62,976 nt of DNA from an uncultured Collinsella sp. (GTDB lineage Bacteria; Actinomycetota; Coriobacteriia; Coriobacteriales; Coriobacteriaceae): the NCBI GenBank assembly GCA_958348565.1, contig CATVZP010000001.1, positions 1 to 62,976 of the forward strand, in the 5' to 3' direction. This document shows, piece after piece, positions 43,070 to 52,296 of the stretch. Positions within the stretch are counted from its first letter, which is position 1. The number at the start of each line of letters is the position of its first letter. Position numbers and translations under genes: made by a program. The notes beneath the pieces are model-generated. The model saw only the letters and a list, made by a program, of their open reading frames with translations, had not been told where the DNA came from and ran no database searches.

Positions 43070-44032
43070 TTACCTCGCGTTCGTGTTGTCGTTGCGATAG
43101 TCACCGAAGGTGTATTTGTTATACACGTTGACTTCCCACTGCTTTTTTTCGACCTTTGCCACGGAGTCGAGGATAAAACCAGTCGCGAGACTTAAGCCAC
43201 ACAGGAACATAAACGATGCGGCGAGCAGGGCGGTTGGGAAACGCGGAACAAGACCGGTCTGGAAATACTCGACAATGATGGGAATGCCCAGGGCAAGACC
43301 GATTATTGCAAACAGGAGCGCAACGAGGCTGAAAAATTTGAGCGGGCGGTAGTCCTTGAACAGCGTGCCGATCATGGCGACAACTTTGATGCCGTCGCTG
43401 ACGGTGTTGAGTTTGGACTCGGAACCCTCGGGGCGGTCACGGTACTCAATAGGCACATCTTTGATGCGCCAGCGGTGGTCGACGGCATGGATGGAGAGCT
43501 CGGTTTCAATCTGAAAGCCCTCGGAAAGCACGGGGAACGTTTTGACAAAGGGGCGGCTCATGGCGCGATAGCCCGTCATGACGTCATCGAAGCTGTATCC
43601 GTAAATCCATTTGATCATGGCACGAACCAGATTGTTGCCAAAGCCGTGGAAGGCGCGCTTGTTTTCCTCGGCGTAGGTGCCGTTGGACAGGCGATCGCCG
43701 ACGGTCATATCGGCTGTACCATTAAGAATGGGCTCGCAGAGGGCTTTTGCCGCTTCGGCGGGGTAGGTGTCGTCGCCGTCGACCATGAGGTAGCAATCGG
43801 CGTCGATATCGCGGAACATCTGACGGCAGACATTGCCCTTTCCCTGCCGGGGCTCAAAGCGCACCGTGGCGCCGTGTTCCGTTGCGATGCGCGAGGTATC
43901 GTCTGACGAGTTGTTATCGTATACATAGACCGTCGCCTGCGGAAGCTCGCGGTGGAAGTCGTCAATGACTTTGCCGATCGTGAGGGCTTCGTTGTAGCAG
44001 GGGATAATGACGGCAATAGATTCAGAATTCAC
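43070..44032 (-). CDS. GT2 polyprenol-phosphate glycosyltransferase with two C-terminal TM helices (GtrB/ArnC-like)
   Basis: IIPCYNE, YDNNSSD, VDGDDTY, DVMTGYR, YRDRPEGSESKL; C-terminal TM pair. Confidence 0.88.
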   Translation of the reverse strand: MNSESIAVIIPCYNEALTIGKVIDDFHRELPQATVYVYDNNSSDDTSRIATEHGATVRFEPRQGKGNVCRQMFRDIDADCYLMVDGDDTYPAEAAKALCEPILNGTADMTVGDRLSNGTYAEENKRAFHGFGNNLVRAMIKWIYGYSFDDVMTGYRAMSRPFVKTFPVLSEGFQIETELSIHAVDHRWRIKDVPIEYRDRPEGSESKLNTVSDGIKVVAMIGTLFKDYRPLKFFSLVALLFAIIGLALGIPIIVEYFQTGLVPRFPTALLAASFMFLCGLSLATGFILDSVAKVEKKQWEVNVYNKYTFGDYRNDNTNAR

Positions 44033-44100
44033 TCAATGCTCCTTTGATATTCAATCGTAGAAAGTATAGCCGTTTGGCCCTGGCATCCTGAGATGCAGCC

Positions 44101-44142
44101 GTCTTCCACAAGTCCGAGCGCAAATTCATCTTCTACATCTAA
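44101..44142 (+). pseudogene. wzm: 3' remnant of a second wzm permease
   Basis: Encodes VFHKSERKFIFYI*, matching the end of the intact Wzm (VFKKTEHKFILYV*), and lies immediately before the wzt-like gene. Confidence 0.75.
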
Positions 44143-44154
44143 AGGAATGCTGTG

Positions 44155-44936
44155 ATGACTGAATCTGTTGTTGATTACAACGAGCAGCTTCTGGCTGTCG
44201 AGGTCGACGCCACCACCATGATCTTTAACATGGCGTCTGACTCGCTGACCTGCCTCAAAGAATGTTTTATTAAGCTCGCTAAGCATGAGTTGTTCTTTGA
44301 GGAGTTTAGGGCGCTTAGGCACATCTCGTTTGATATTCACCGCGGTGAGGTCGTGGGCTTGGTCGGTACTAATGGTTCCGGCAAGTTCACGATGCTCAAG
44401 ATTATCGCTGGTGCGCTCGAGCTTAGCGAGGGCAGCGTTAAGGTTCATGGCAACATTGCACCTCTGATTGAACTTGGAGCTGGCTTTGATCCCGAGCTGA
44501 CGGCACGCGAGAACATTTATTTGAACGTTGCGCTAGTCGGCTATACCAAGGAATTTATCGATGCAGACTTTGATGGCATTATCGAGTTCGTTGAGCTGCA
44601 GAACTTTGTCGACATGCCGCTCAAGAACTTCTCTTCGGGTATGGTTGCGCGCATTGCTTTTTCAATCGCCACCATTACCGAGCCCGATATCCTGATCGTC
44701 GATGAGATGCTTTCCGTCGGCGACGTGTTCTTCCAGCAAAAGTGCGAGGCCCGTATTCAGCACTTTATCCAGAGCGGTGACGTGACGGTTTTGTTCGTGT
44801 CGCATTCCATGGAGCAGGTTGAGCGCATCTGCCAGCGTGCGTTTGGATTGAGAAGGGCGACCTTCGTATGGACGGGGTTCGTATGGACGGCCCGGTCGAT
44901 GGGGTATGCAAGGCATACCGCGAACAGTTCAAGTAG
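44155..44936 (+). pseudogene. wzt: Degenerate second wzt ATPase
   Basis: Paralog of 38764-39519. Walker A is broken (GSGKFT). A -1 frameshift near 44840 moves VWIEKG...AYREQFK* to another frame. TTCGTATGGACGG is tandemly duplicated with 15-bp period. Confidence 0.85.
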
Positions 44937-44989
44937 GTTATACTTATTAACGCTTGGCGGGCTCGCGCTTGCTTGGCGTGCGGTTATTT

Positions 44990-45063
44990 GCTCCATTAGC
45001 TCAGTTGGATAGAGCAGGGGACTTCTAATCCCAAGGTCGACGGTTCGAATCCGCCATGGAGCA
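44990..45063 (+). tRNA. tRNA-Arg (anticodon TCT)
   Basis: Acceptor stem GCTCCAT/ATGGAGC, D arm GCTC..GAGC, anticodon loop CTTCTAA, T loop TTCGAAT. One mismatch each in the anticodon stem and T stem; CCA is not fully encoded. Confidence 0.9.
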
Positions 45064-45076
45064 CCTTTTGTTTAAT

Positions 45077-45102
45077 AAGCTCAGCTTTTGCTGGGCTTTT
45101 TT
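45077..45102 (+). terminator. Intrinsic terminator after tRNA
   Basis: AGCTCAGC-TTTT-GCTGGGCT followed by a T-run. Confidence 0.75.
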
Positions 45103-45312
45103 GTTCACAAATGCGAAGTTGAGCTACTCTGTTTCTGCGGGCTCCACGATTTATGAGTTATGTAGCAATTCCAGATTCTAAGACAGGGGTCGCTTGCGTT
45201 TGGCGGTTAGCCATCGACATCCTTACACTAACGCTGACTCGAAAGGCCTTATCTTCTGCCCGTTTTTCTCTGCACAATTGAAGTCTGAAGTGGTTGGCCA
45301 TACGGCGTTGTT

Positions 45313-45723
45313 ATGATCGATGAGATTGACCTTCATTTGCATCCACGCTGGCAAGCGCGGATTCTCGAAGACCTTGTTCGCATATTTCCTAACGTTCAAT
45401 TTATAGTTACAACGCATTCGCCTGTTGTGGTTGCATCGGTGCCCCGTGGTAACATTCGCATTCTTGGTGAGGACACTGCAACGGTGCCTGCTATGGAGAC
45501 GCGTGGACGCGATGCCGGGGATATTCTCAACACAGTTCTGGGAGCATTCTCTCGACCTGAAGAGGCGGCTCGATTGTTCGACTTGTTCAATTGCGCCGTT
45601 GATGAAGAGCGCTTTGGCGACGCCAGGCTTGCGCTCCAAAAACTTGAGGAGTTTGTGGGCATGGATGATCCTGATGTTGTTGCCGCTAAGACGACCCTTG
45701 AGCTCGAGGAGCCGCTGTCGTGA
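45313..45723 (+). pseudogene. C-terminal fragment of an AAA/ABC-type ATPase (PtuA / retron-associated ATPase-like)
   Basis: IDEIDLHLHPRWQ...FPNVQFIVTTHSP gives Walker B, D-loop and H-loop; no Walker A is present. Confidence 0.75.
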
Positions 45724-45986
45724 TTCCGATCGTTAAGGGAAAAGAGCCTGCGGCGCTTACCAAGGCCAAGAGGGTCATGCGCAACACCCCCGATACGACG
45801 TTTAATTACACAGCGTTGCGAGGAGAGAGCAAGCGAGAAGTTCTGGAGGCCTTGCTTGCAGAGCAGGGCCATCTCTGCGCTTATTGCACGTGCAGGATCG
45901 GCGTTGATGATCGTCTGGCTACGATTGAGCATTTATTTCCACATTTTTGTTTCGTTGGGTTAGTTTTGCCTGAACGTATCCCTTAA
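45720..45986 (+). pseudogene. N-terminal fragment of an HNH endonuclease (PtuB / retron-associated HNH-like)
   Basis: MIPIVKGKEP..LLAEQGHLCAYC..RI..TIEHLFP, after which homology is lost (no NL..SC..CN). Coupled to the ATPase by a GTGA overlap. Confidence 0.72.
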
Positions 45987-46097
45987 TTCGATGAATTCTC
46001 TTTACATTATTGATTGTATAGCCGCTTATAAAGCTATATATACATATATACTTGTTTATAAATCTATATAAGCGACGTTTGCCTGAGGATTCTGGTT

Positions 46098-47201
46098 ATG
46101 GACAAAGCCAAGTTCTACAATCCATTTCGTCCGACCGCCGGTGCGGAGCCTCCTCGAATCATCGGTCGTGATGATATCTCTCTCGAGTTCGTGGAGGGTC
46201 TCATGTCCGGCGTTGGCGCTCCCGCACGTCTTATGCGAATCACAGGCCCGCGCGGGTCGGGGAAAACGGTTCTTCTTTGCGATCTGCGCGACCGAGCGAT
46301 TGAACTGGGTTGGAAGGCCGTTGTTGTTTCGGCTGGTCCGCGTTTGTCGCACGATCTTATGGAGCAGATTCAAGACCAACTGACTTTTTCCTCCGCTTCG
46401 CTTGGCGTTAACGTTGGTATTGCTTCTGCCAAGTTGGACATTTCTTCAAGCGAAATGAGCCTTCGGGCAAAACTAAAGCAGATTGCACAGGGCTCAAAGG
46501 GCCTGTTCATCGCTGTTGATGAAGTCCAAGATGCCCCAGTTGAGGAAATGCGTATTATTGCCTCAACAGTTCAATTACTCATTGGGGAGAAAGTCAACAT
46601 CGCTCTTGCCTTTGCCGGATTGCCATCGGGCGTTATGGATCTCATTAACGGCAAGGCACTTACTTTTCTTCGCCGCGCGGTTCCTGAAGACCTTGCTCCT
46701 ATCAATCAAATCGAGATTGTACTTTCTTTGAGTGATAGCTTTAACGCGACCGGTCTTTCTCTCGACGGGGATTCGCTATCAAAAGCGGCGAGAGCAACAA
46801 AAGGTTATGCGTATTTAGTTCAACTTGTTGGGTATTCAATCTGGCAGCGCGCCGACCTTCATCGGGAGAAATCAACTCTCGTTACTGGGCGCGATGTTGA
46901 TGAGGGTATCCTGCTCGCCGAAGCGCGTTTCCACGACGTGGTTCACGAGCCTGCAATTTCGGGTCTTTCCCGTAATGAAATCAACTACCTGTATGCCATG
47001 TGCGAGGATAGTAGGCAATCCAAGACATCGGATTTAGCCAAACGCCTTGGTAAAAAGACGAGTGAGCTGAGTTCTGTTAGGGCCAAGCTGCTTTCACGAG
47101 AAGTAATCCAGGCGCCTCAGAGGGGCTATGTTCTATTTGCTGTTCCAGATTTGGATGAGTATCTCAAAGATAATAGAGATGAGATTCTATCGAGGTATTA
47201 A
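46098..47201 (+). CDS. P-loop ATPase (AAA_16/STAND-like) with C-terminal winged HTH
   Basis: NPFRPTAG..IGRD, GPRGSGKT, IAVDEVQ, GYAYLVQLVG; C-terminal TSDLAKRLGK...RAKLL...PQRGYV. Confidence 0.82.
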   Translation: MDKAKFYNPFRPTAGAEPPRIIGRDDISLEFVEGLMSGVGAPARLMRITGPRGSGKTVLLCDLRDRAIELGWKAVVVSAGPRLSHDLMEQIQDQLTFSSASLGVNVGIASAKLDISSSEMSLRAKLKQIAQGSKGLFIAVDEVQDAPVEEMRIIASTVQLLIGEKVNIALAFAGLPSGVMDLINGKALTFLRRAVPEDLAPINQIEIVLSLSDSFNATGLSLDGDSLSKAARATKGYAYLVQLVGYSIWQRADLHREKSTLVTGRDVDEGILLAEARFHDVVHEPAISGLSRNEINYLYAMCEDSRQSKTSDLAKRLGKKTSELSSVRAKLLSREVIQAPQRGYVLFAVPDLDEYLKDNRDEILSRY

Positions 47202-47348
47202 AGCTCCAGATTTAATCCTCGAGATTCACCCCCTCATCCTCTAAAAAAGTTCTTAACACAGCCTTAAAGGCGCCTCGGCTTGCGTTGACAGCGTACAATA
47301 CGCATGTTTGACTATGGCAAAAGTGGAATTTAAGGGAAGGGGCGCGTC

Positions 47349-49517
47349 GTGGAGGTGCTGGTTGTTGGCAATACCGCGTATGTTGACGACGACTTTTGTG
47401 CCAAGGCGTTTCCCGGTGACCATGTTCAGGTTGTAGCTGCCGACGATTCGCAGCGCGAGTCATCGTCCCACAGCTCGTGGAAAGAGCTGCTGCGCCACCT
47501 GGACCAGGCCTACGAGTTCGACCGTGTGGTCTACCTCTCCACTTATCTCACTCCGCATACCGAGACCTTTGGCGATATCGAGCTGCTGCGCTCGGTGTTT
47601 CGTGCCTGCATGGGCCGCCGTGTGCATCTGCTGTTTGTGGCGGGTCCTGCAGGTGCGGAGGGTGCTGGCGGCGCGTCAAGCAATGCCGATTCGCTTGATG
47701 CCACAGATGCTGCCGCCCAAACGGGCAAAGGCATTATCGCCCGCGCAGCCAACGACCTCTGTCGCCACTACGCCTCACAAGATGGCATCCAGGCCAAGAT
47801 CCTGTGCACACCCTATCTCTATACCGCCTCCGCGGCGCTCAACGACCCGTTCTTGGTGCCGCTGTTCGAGGCGTGTTCGACCGGGTCGGTCGCGCTCCAA
47901 GGTGCCGCGGACGCGCCGTTTCCCCTGCTGTGCGCGGAGGAGCTAGCGGTGCTGGTGCATCGCGTCTTTGATAGTTGGGATGCGACCTTTGAGACGCTCG
48001 ATGTTGCAGATGCTTTCCGTCGCACAGCGGGCGACTTGGGCGGCGCGCTCCAGGGCCTGTTCCCCGGGCTGTCCGTTGCCTATGGAGAGTCGACCGGCTA
48101 TGGGTTGCCCGCAGGCGATGTCGCTCGTAAACGCTATGGCTGGTTTCAGCGTTACGACCTGCTGCGCGACCTTTCGACCATTCACGCCCGCTGGGCTAAC
48201 GCCCGCACCAAAAAGGCCAATCCCCTTCGTGCGGCCATCGATCGCATTCAGCTGCGCGCGCTGCCCATTAAATGCCTGGAGACGGGCTTCGCTTGGGTGC
48301 TGTTCGAGGTTCTGGAGCATCTGTTCTCCCAATCGGCCCAGCTCAACGTGCTCGACTATCGTTTGCTCTATGTTGTCCTGATTGGCACGCTCTACGGGCT
48401 CGACTTTGGTCTGGTTGCGGCGCTGCTGGCGTCCATTGGTCTGGCCGTGAGCTATTTTGCCCTGTACGGCTATACCTTTCAGGGCCTGTTCTATGAGCCT
48501 TCCAACTGGCTGCCGTTTATCGCGTACTTTGTGGTGGGCGCCGTGTGCGGCTATGTACAGCTGCGCAACAGCGAGGCAATTAAGGCGGAGCGTGACGAGA
48601 ACGAGCTTGTGCGAAACCGCAACACGTTCCTAACGCGGCTCTATCACGACGCGATTGAGGACAAGCGTGCCTATAAGCGACAGATTGTGGGGCGCCACGA
48701 TAGCTTCGGCAAGATCTTTGCCGTGACGCAGGAGCTCGACGTACTCAACCCGCGCGATATATACCGCAAGTGCTGCGAACTGCTGGGCGAGATTCTAGAG
48801 AACGATTCGGTGACGATCTACCATGTTTCGGGCGGGGCATTTGCGCGCCTGGTGGCGGCGAGCCCGGCGATTTCCAACGATGTTCCGCGCTCGCTATCGC
48901 TCGACGATCTTGCGCCCGTGCTCCAAGGTGCGATCTCGGGTTTGTGGGTGAACCGTGCGTTGACGTCGGGGCTTCCGATGTTTGGCTATGCGATCGAGCG
49001 CGATGGAGCCCCCGCCGTGTTGATCTTTGTGCGCCATGTGGCCGAAAGCCAAATGTCCCTGTACTACCAAAACCTGTTCCGCATCCTGTGCGGCCTGGTG
49101 GAAAGCGCGCTGGGACGCGCCTTCGATTACGAGGCCGTGGCGCAGGATAAGCGCTGCGTTGCCGGCACGTGCGTGCTCAACCACGATGCCTTTGGCCGGG
49201 AGCTTGCCGCCGAGCAAGCGCTTGCGGACAACAAGATGGGGAGCTTCTTGCTCCTGCGCGTGGTGCCGGGCATGGAGCCTGTTGGCGAGCTGGTCGGCGC
49301 CATTGGATCGGCGATTCGCGAGAGTGACGCTGCGGGCTTGGTTGATGGAGACACACTTTACCTGCTTATGCGACAGGCAACCGAGGCCGACCTTCCCGTT
49401 ATTTGTGCACGCTTGGCCGCCAAGCACATTACGGTGGAGCGCGTCGACAGCGAGGATGTTGTGGCCCTGCTGCAGCGCATCGCACCCGCTGGCAACGGTG
49501 AGGGGGAGGCCGCTTGA
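47349..49517 (+). CDS. pelD: Gram-positive PelD-like protein (degenerate SDR, TM/DUF4118, GAF, degenerate GGDEF with RxxD)
   Basis: First gene of a translationally coupled operon containing pelF and pelG; central TM bundle; C-terminal IRESD I-site-like motif at 49317-49328. Confidence 0.72.
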   Translation: MEVLVVGNTAYVDDDFCAKAFPGDHVQVVAADDSQRESSSHSSWKELLRHLDQAYEFDRVVYLSTYLTPHTETFGDIELLRSVFRACMGRRVHLLFVAGPAGAEGAGGASSNADSLDATDAAAQTGKGIIARAANDLCRHYASQDGIQAKILCTPYLYTASAALNDPFLVPLFEACSTGSVALQGAADAPFPLLCAEELAVLVHRVFDSWDATFETLDVADAFRRTAGDLGGALQGLFPGLSVAYGESTGYGLPAGDVARKRYGWFQRYDLLRDLSTIHARWANARTKKANPLRAAIDRIQLRALPIKCLETGFAWVLFEVLEHLFSQSAQLNVLDYRLLYVVLIGTLYGLDFGLVAALLASIGLAVSYFALYGYTFQGLFYEPSNWLPFIAYFVVGAVCGYVQLRNSEAIKAERDENELVRNRNTFLTRLYHDAIEDKRAYKRQIVGRHDSFGKIFAVTQELDVLNPRDIYRKCCELLGEILENDSVTIYHVSGGAFARLVAASPAISNDVPRSLSLDDLAPVLQGAISGLWVNRALTSGLPMFGYAIERDGAPAVLIFVRHVAESQMSLYYQNLFRILCGLVESALGRAFDYEAVAQDKRCVAGTCVLNHDAFGRELAAEQALADNKMGSFLLLRVVPGMEPVGELVGAIGSAIRESDAAGLVDGDTLYLLMRQATEADLPVICARLAAKHITVERVDSEDVVALLQRIAPAGNGEGEAA

Positions 49518-50419
49518 TCTCGCTTGTCGTTGCTGCCGTACTGCTATTACTTCATGCGCTGGTGTGTCTGGTGCTGTGGACGCTTATGAAACTGGGCCTG
49601 CTGCCGGTTCGTGGGCACATGCTTGCCGTGATGGTGCTCGTGCCGCTGTGGGGCCCGTTACTCGTGGCACTGCTTTCGGTGCGTAGCGCGGTGTTCGGTG
49701 ACGACCTTAAGGACGCCACGCTGGAGACGCTGCGCATTAACGATGACATGCATCGCAGCATGCTGGTGCAGGGGCGCGAGGGCGATGATGGCGTGGTGCC
49801 GCTCGAGGAAGCACTGATCGTTAACGACCCGGGCGATCGTCGCCGTCTGATGCTCTCCATGCTTACCGAGGATCCGGATGCGTACCTGGCACAGTTGCAG
49901 GCAGCAAAACTCAACGACGATGTTGAGGTCGCGCACTATGCCGCGACGGCAGTGGCGCAGATTTCCAAGGAGTCCGACCTTAAGCTGCAGCAGTTGGAGC
50001 GCGCGTTTAAGACCGATCCCAGCTCGCATAACCTGGATGCGTATTGCGATTTTCTGGGCAACTATCTGGACTCGGGTTTGGCAGAGGGCCGCGTGGCACA
50101 GATTCAGCGTCAGCAGTTTGCACGCTTGCTCGCGCGTCGTTGCGAGCGTGAGGAAGGGTCGGCGCTGCGCATTCGCTATGCCACGGCGCTGGCCGATGCC
50201 GGCGAGATTGATAAGGCAGAGGACGTCGCTAGCCAGTTGGTGATCGATGCGTCAGACGAGCAGGACGTGTGGATGCTCTGCTTGCGCTTGGCTGTGATTC
50301 GTCGCGATGGGCAGGCGGTACGGCGTGTAATCGGCGCGATCGACAAGCAGCATGTGTATTTGAATGCCGAAAATCGCGAGAGGTTGTCATTTTGGCGTGA
50401 AGGAGAGGAGGCCCGATGA
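49514..50419 (+). CDS. pelE: PelE-like membrane protein
   Basis: Two N-terminal TM segments, VVPLEEAL, NDDVEVAHYAA, helical C-terminus; operon position. Confidence 0.7.
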   Translation: MISLVVAAVLLLLHALVCLVLWTLMKLGLLPVRGHMLAVMVLVPLWGPLLVALLSVRSAVFGDDLKDATLETLRINDDMHRSMLVQGREGDDGVVPLEEALIVNDPGDRRRLMLSMLTEDPDAYLAQLQAAKLNDDVEVAHYAATAVAQISKESDLKLQQLERAFKTDPSSHNLDAYCDFLGNYLDSGLAEGRVAQIQRQQFARLLARRCEREEGSALRIRYATALADAGEIDKAEDVASQLVIDASDEQDVWMLCLRLAVIRRDGQAVRRVIGAIDKQHVYLNAENRERLSFWREGEEAR

Positions 50420-52296
50420 GCGTGGTGCAACATATCCGTGAGCGTGCGGGCCATTTTCGCTGGATGGGGCTGCTCGTGGTATGGGCGGTCTTTATCGCCA
50501 TGTCCGCCGTGCTGTTGATCGAGCGTGCCGGCGTGCAGTACAGCGCCGGGCAGCATAAGCTGGGCATGCTCGCTGCCAACGACGCCGTGCCGGCAAGCTC
50601 GGCGATGTTTGGCCAAAAGCCCACATGCTTGGTTATTACCGACTCGGGCCAAGATGGCGTCGAGGACGTCAAAGAGCAGTTTGACCAGATTCTGCTTGAC
50701 ATGAAGATCTCCCATCGCGATGTGGATATTGCCACCGATGGAGTTGATGCGATTCCTTCCCTCACATCCTTCGACCGCGTGATTTTACTGATGCCTTCGA
50801 TCGATGGGCTCGGTACGCACCTCTCCGACATTATGAGTTGGGTGAGTGCCGGCGGTTCGCTGATGCTCGCCATGACGCCGGACAATTCGAGCTATCTGCA
50901 GGCAATCGGTCCCAAACTGGGCATCGATTCTGCCGGCTATGAATATACGACGGCAGAGAGCATCGTGCCGAGCGAGGACTTTATGATCGGCGGTGGCCAG
51001 CGTTATGAGTTGTCGGATCCCTTCGATTCGTCGCTCTCGGTTTCGCTGCGTGAGACGGCCCACGTGTGGGCTAAAACCGGCGACACGGGTACTCCGCTTA
51101 TTTGGTCGAGCGATTGCGGCAACGGCCGTACCGTGGTGTGCAATATCGGTATCTACAACAAGGTCATGCGCGGTTTCTATGCCGCGGCCGTGAGCCTGTT
51201 GGGCGATGCCACGGCCTATCCGGTCATCAATAGCGCGGTGTTTTACCTGGACGATTTCCCGAGCCCCGTTCCCTCGGGCGACGGCACGTACATCAAACGC
51301 GACTACGGCCTTTCTATCGCCGATTTTTATGCCAAGGTGTGGTGGCCCGACCTGCAAAAGCTCGCGCAGCAATACGACATTCGCTATACCGGCGTGATGA
51401 TCGAAAACTACGAGGACGTGGTCAACCAAACCGAGCCCGCGCGCCAGGCCGATACCACGCAGTTCCGCTATTTTGGCGGCATGCTGCTGCAGATGGGCGG
51501 TGAGTTGGGCTTTCATGGCTACAACCATCAGCCGCTGGCGCTCTGGGACACCGACTATGGCACGCTGTACGACTACAAGACGTGGAAGAACAAGGAGACG
51601 CTTGTCGCGTCTCTCGACGAGCTTGTCGCCTTTCAGGACGAGGTGCTGCCCAACGCGCACGGCTCGGTCTACGTGCCGCCGTCGAATATTCTTTCGGCCC
51701 GCGCCCGCAAGATTATTGGCGAGGACGTGCCGCGCATTAAGACCATTTCCAGTACGTATTTTGAGGATGGCACCGATCTGCCGTATGTGCAGGAGTTTGG
51801 CGTGGCGAGCGATGGCATTGTGGAGCAGCCGCGTATCGTCTCGGGCGGCATGGTCGATGACACCTATATGCGTCTGGCCGCGGTGTCCGAGCTCAACATG
51901 CACTACGTGAGTACTCACTTTATGCATCCCGATGACCTGCTGGATCCCGATCGCGGCGCTAAGGAGGGCTGGGAGGTCTACAAGGGCGGCCTGACCGACT
52001 ACCTGGACTGGCTTACCAAGTCTGCGCCCGACCTGCGCCACCAGACGGGTTCGGAGTGCTCGGGTGCCATCCAGCGTTTTTCGTCCGTGACGGTGAGCGT
52101 GGATACGAGCGACGATGCCTGGACGCTCAACCTGGGCAACTTCCACGACGAGGCTTGGCTTATGTTCCGTGCCAATAACGGCGAGCCGGGTACGGCGTCC
52201 GGTGGCGGGATTAAACACCTGACGGGCGACCTGTACCTAGTCAAAGCGACGGATAAGACCGTGACGATTGAGCGCAAGGAGGGTGGCGACCGATGA
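50416..52296 (+). CDS. pelA: DUF2194 / PelA deacetylase-like protein
   Basis: FYLDDFPSP, WWPDL, GELGFHGYNHQPL, YVPPSN, HFMHPDD (CE4-like metal motifs); N-terminal TM. Confidence 0.8.
   Translation: MSVVQHIRERAGHFRWMGLLVVWAVFIAMSAVLLIERAGVQYSAGQHKLGMLAANDAVPASSAMFGQKPTCLVITDSGQDGVEDVKEQFDQILLDMKISHRDVDIATDGVDAIPSLTSFDRVILLMPSIDGLGTHLSDIMSWVSAGGSLMLAMTPDNSSYLQAIGPKLGIDSAGYEYTTAESIVPSEDFMIGGGQRYELSDPFDSSLSVSLRETAHVWAKTGDTGTPLIWSSDCGNGRTVVCNIGIYNKVMRGFYAAAVSLLGDATAYPVINSAVFYLDDFPSPVPSGDGTYIKRDYGLSIADFYAKVWWPDLQKLAQQYDIRYTGVMIENYEDVVNQTEPARQADTTQFRYFGGMLLQMGGELGFHGYNHQPLALWDTDYGTLYDYKTWKNKETLVASLDELVAFQDEVLPNAHGSVYVPPSNILSARARKIIGEDVPRIKTISSTYFEDGTDLPYVQEFGVASDGIVEQPRIVSGGMVDDTYMRLAAVSELNMHYVSTHFMHPDDLLDPDRGAKEGWEVYKGGLTDYLDWLTKSAPDLRHQTGSECSGAIQRFSSVTVSVDTSDDAWTLNLGNFHDEAWLMFRANNGEPGTASGGGIKHLTGDLYLVKATDKTVTIERKEGGDR

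Noticed and set aside
40627..43104. Long antisense ORFs (825 aa here; also 30532-32184, 50785-52218, 61192-62901, 10674-12005)
   Set aside because: Shadow ORFs produced by high-GC codon bias opposite well-supported genes; no recognisable motifs.
44937..45012. C-terminal tail of the 286-aa wzt-like ORF overlapping the tRNA
   Set aside because: Artefact of the frameshift near 44840; the ancestral stop is TAG at 44934-44936.
45100..46000. Intact retron or Septu system
   Set aside because: Both genes are truncated, and there is no reverse transcriptase or msr/msd structure.
47285..47315. TTGACA -35 box upstream of the pel operon
   Set aside because: No convincing -10 hexamer at 16-18 bp spacing, so it is not called as a promoter.
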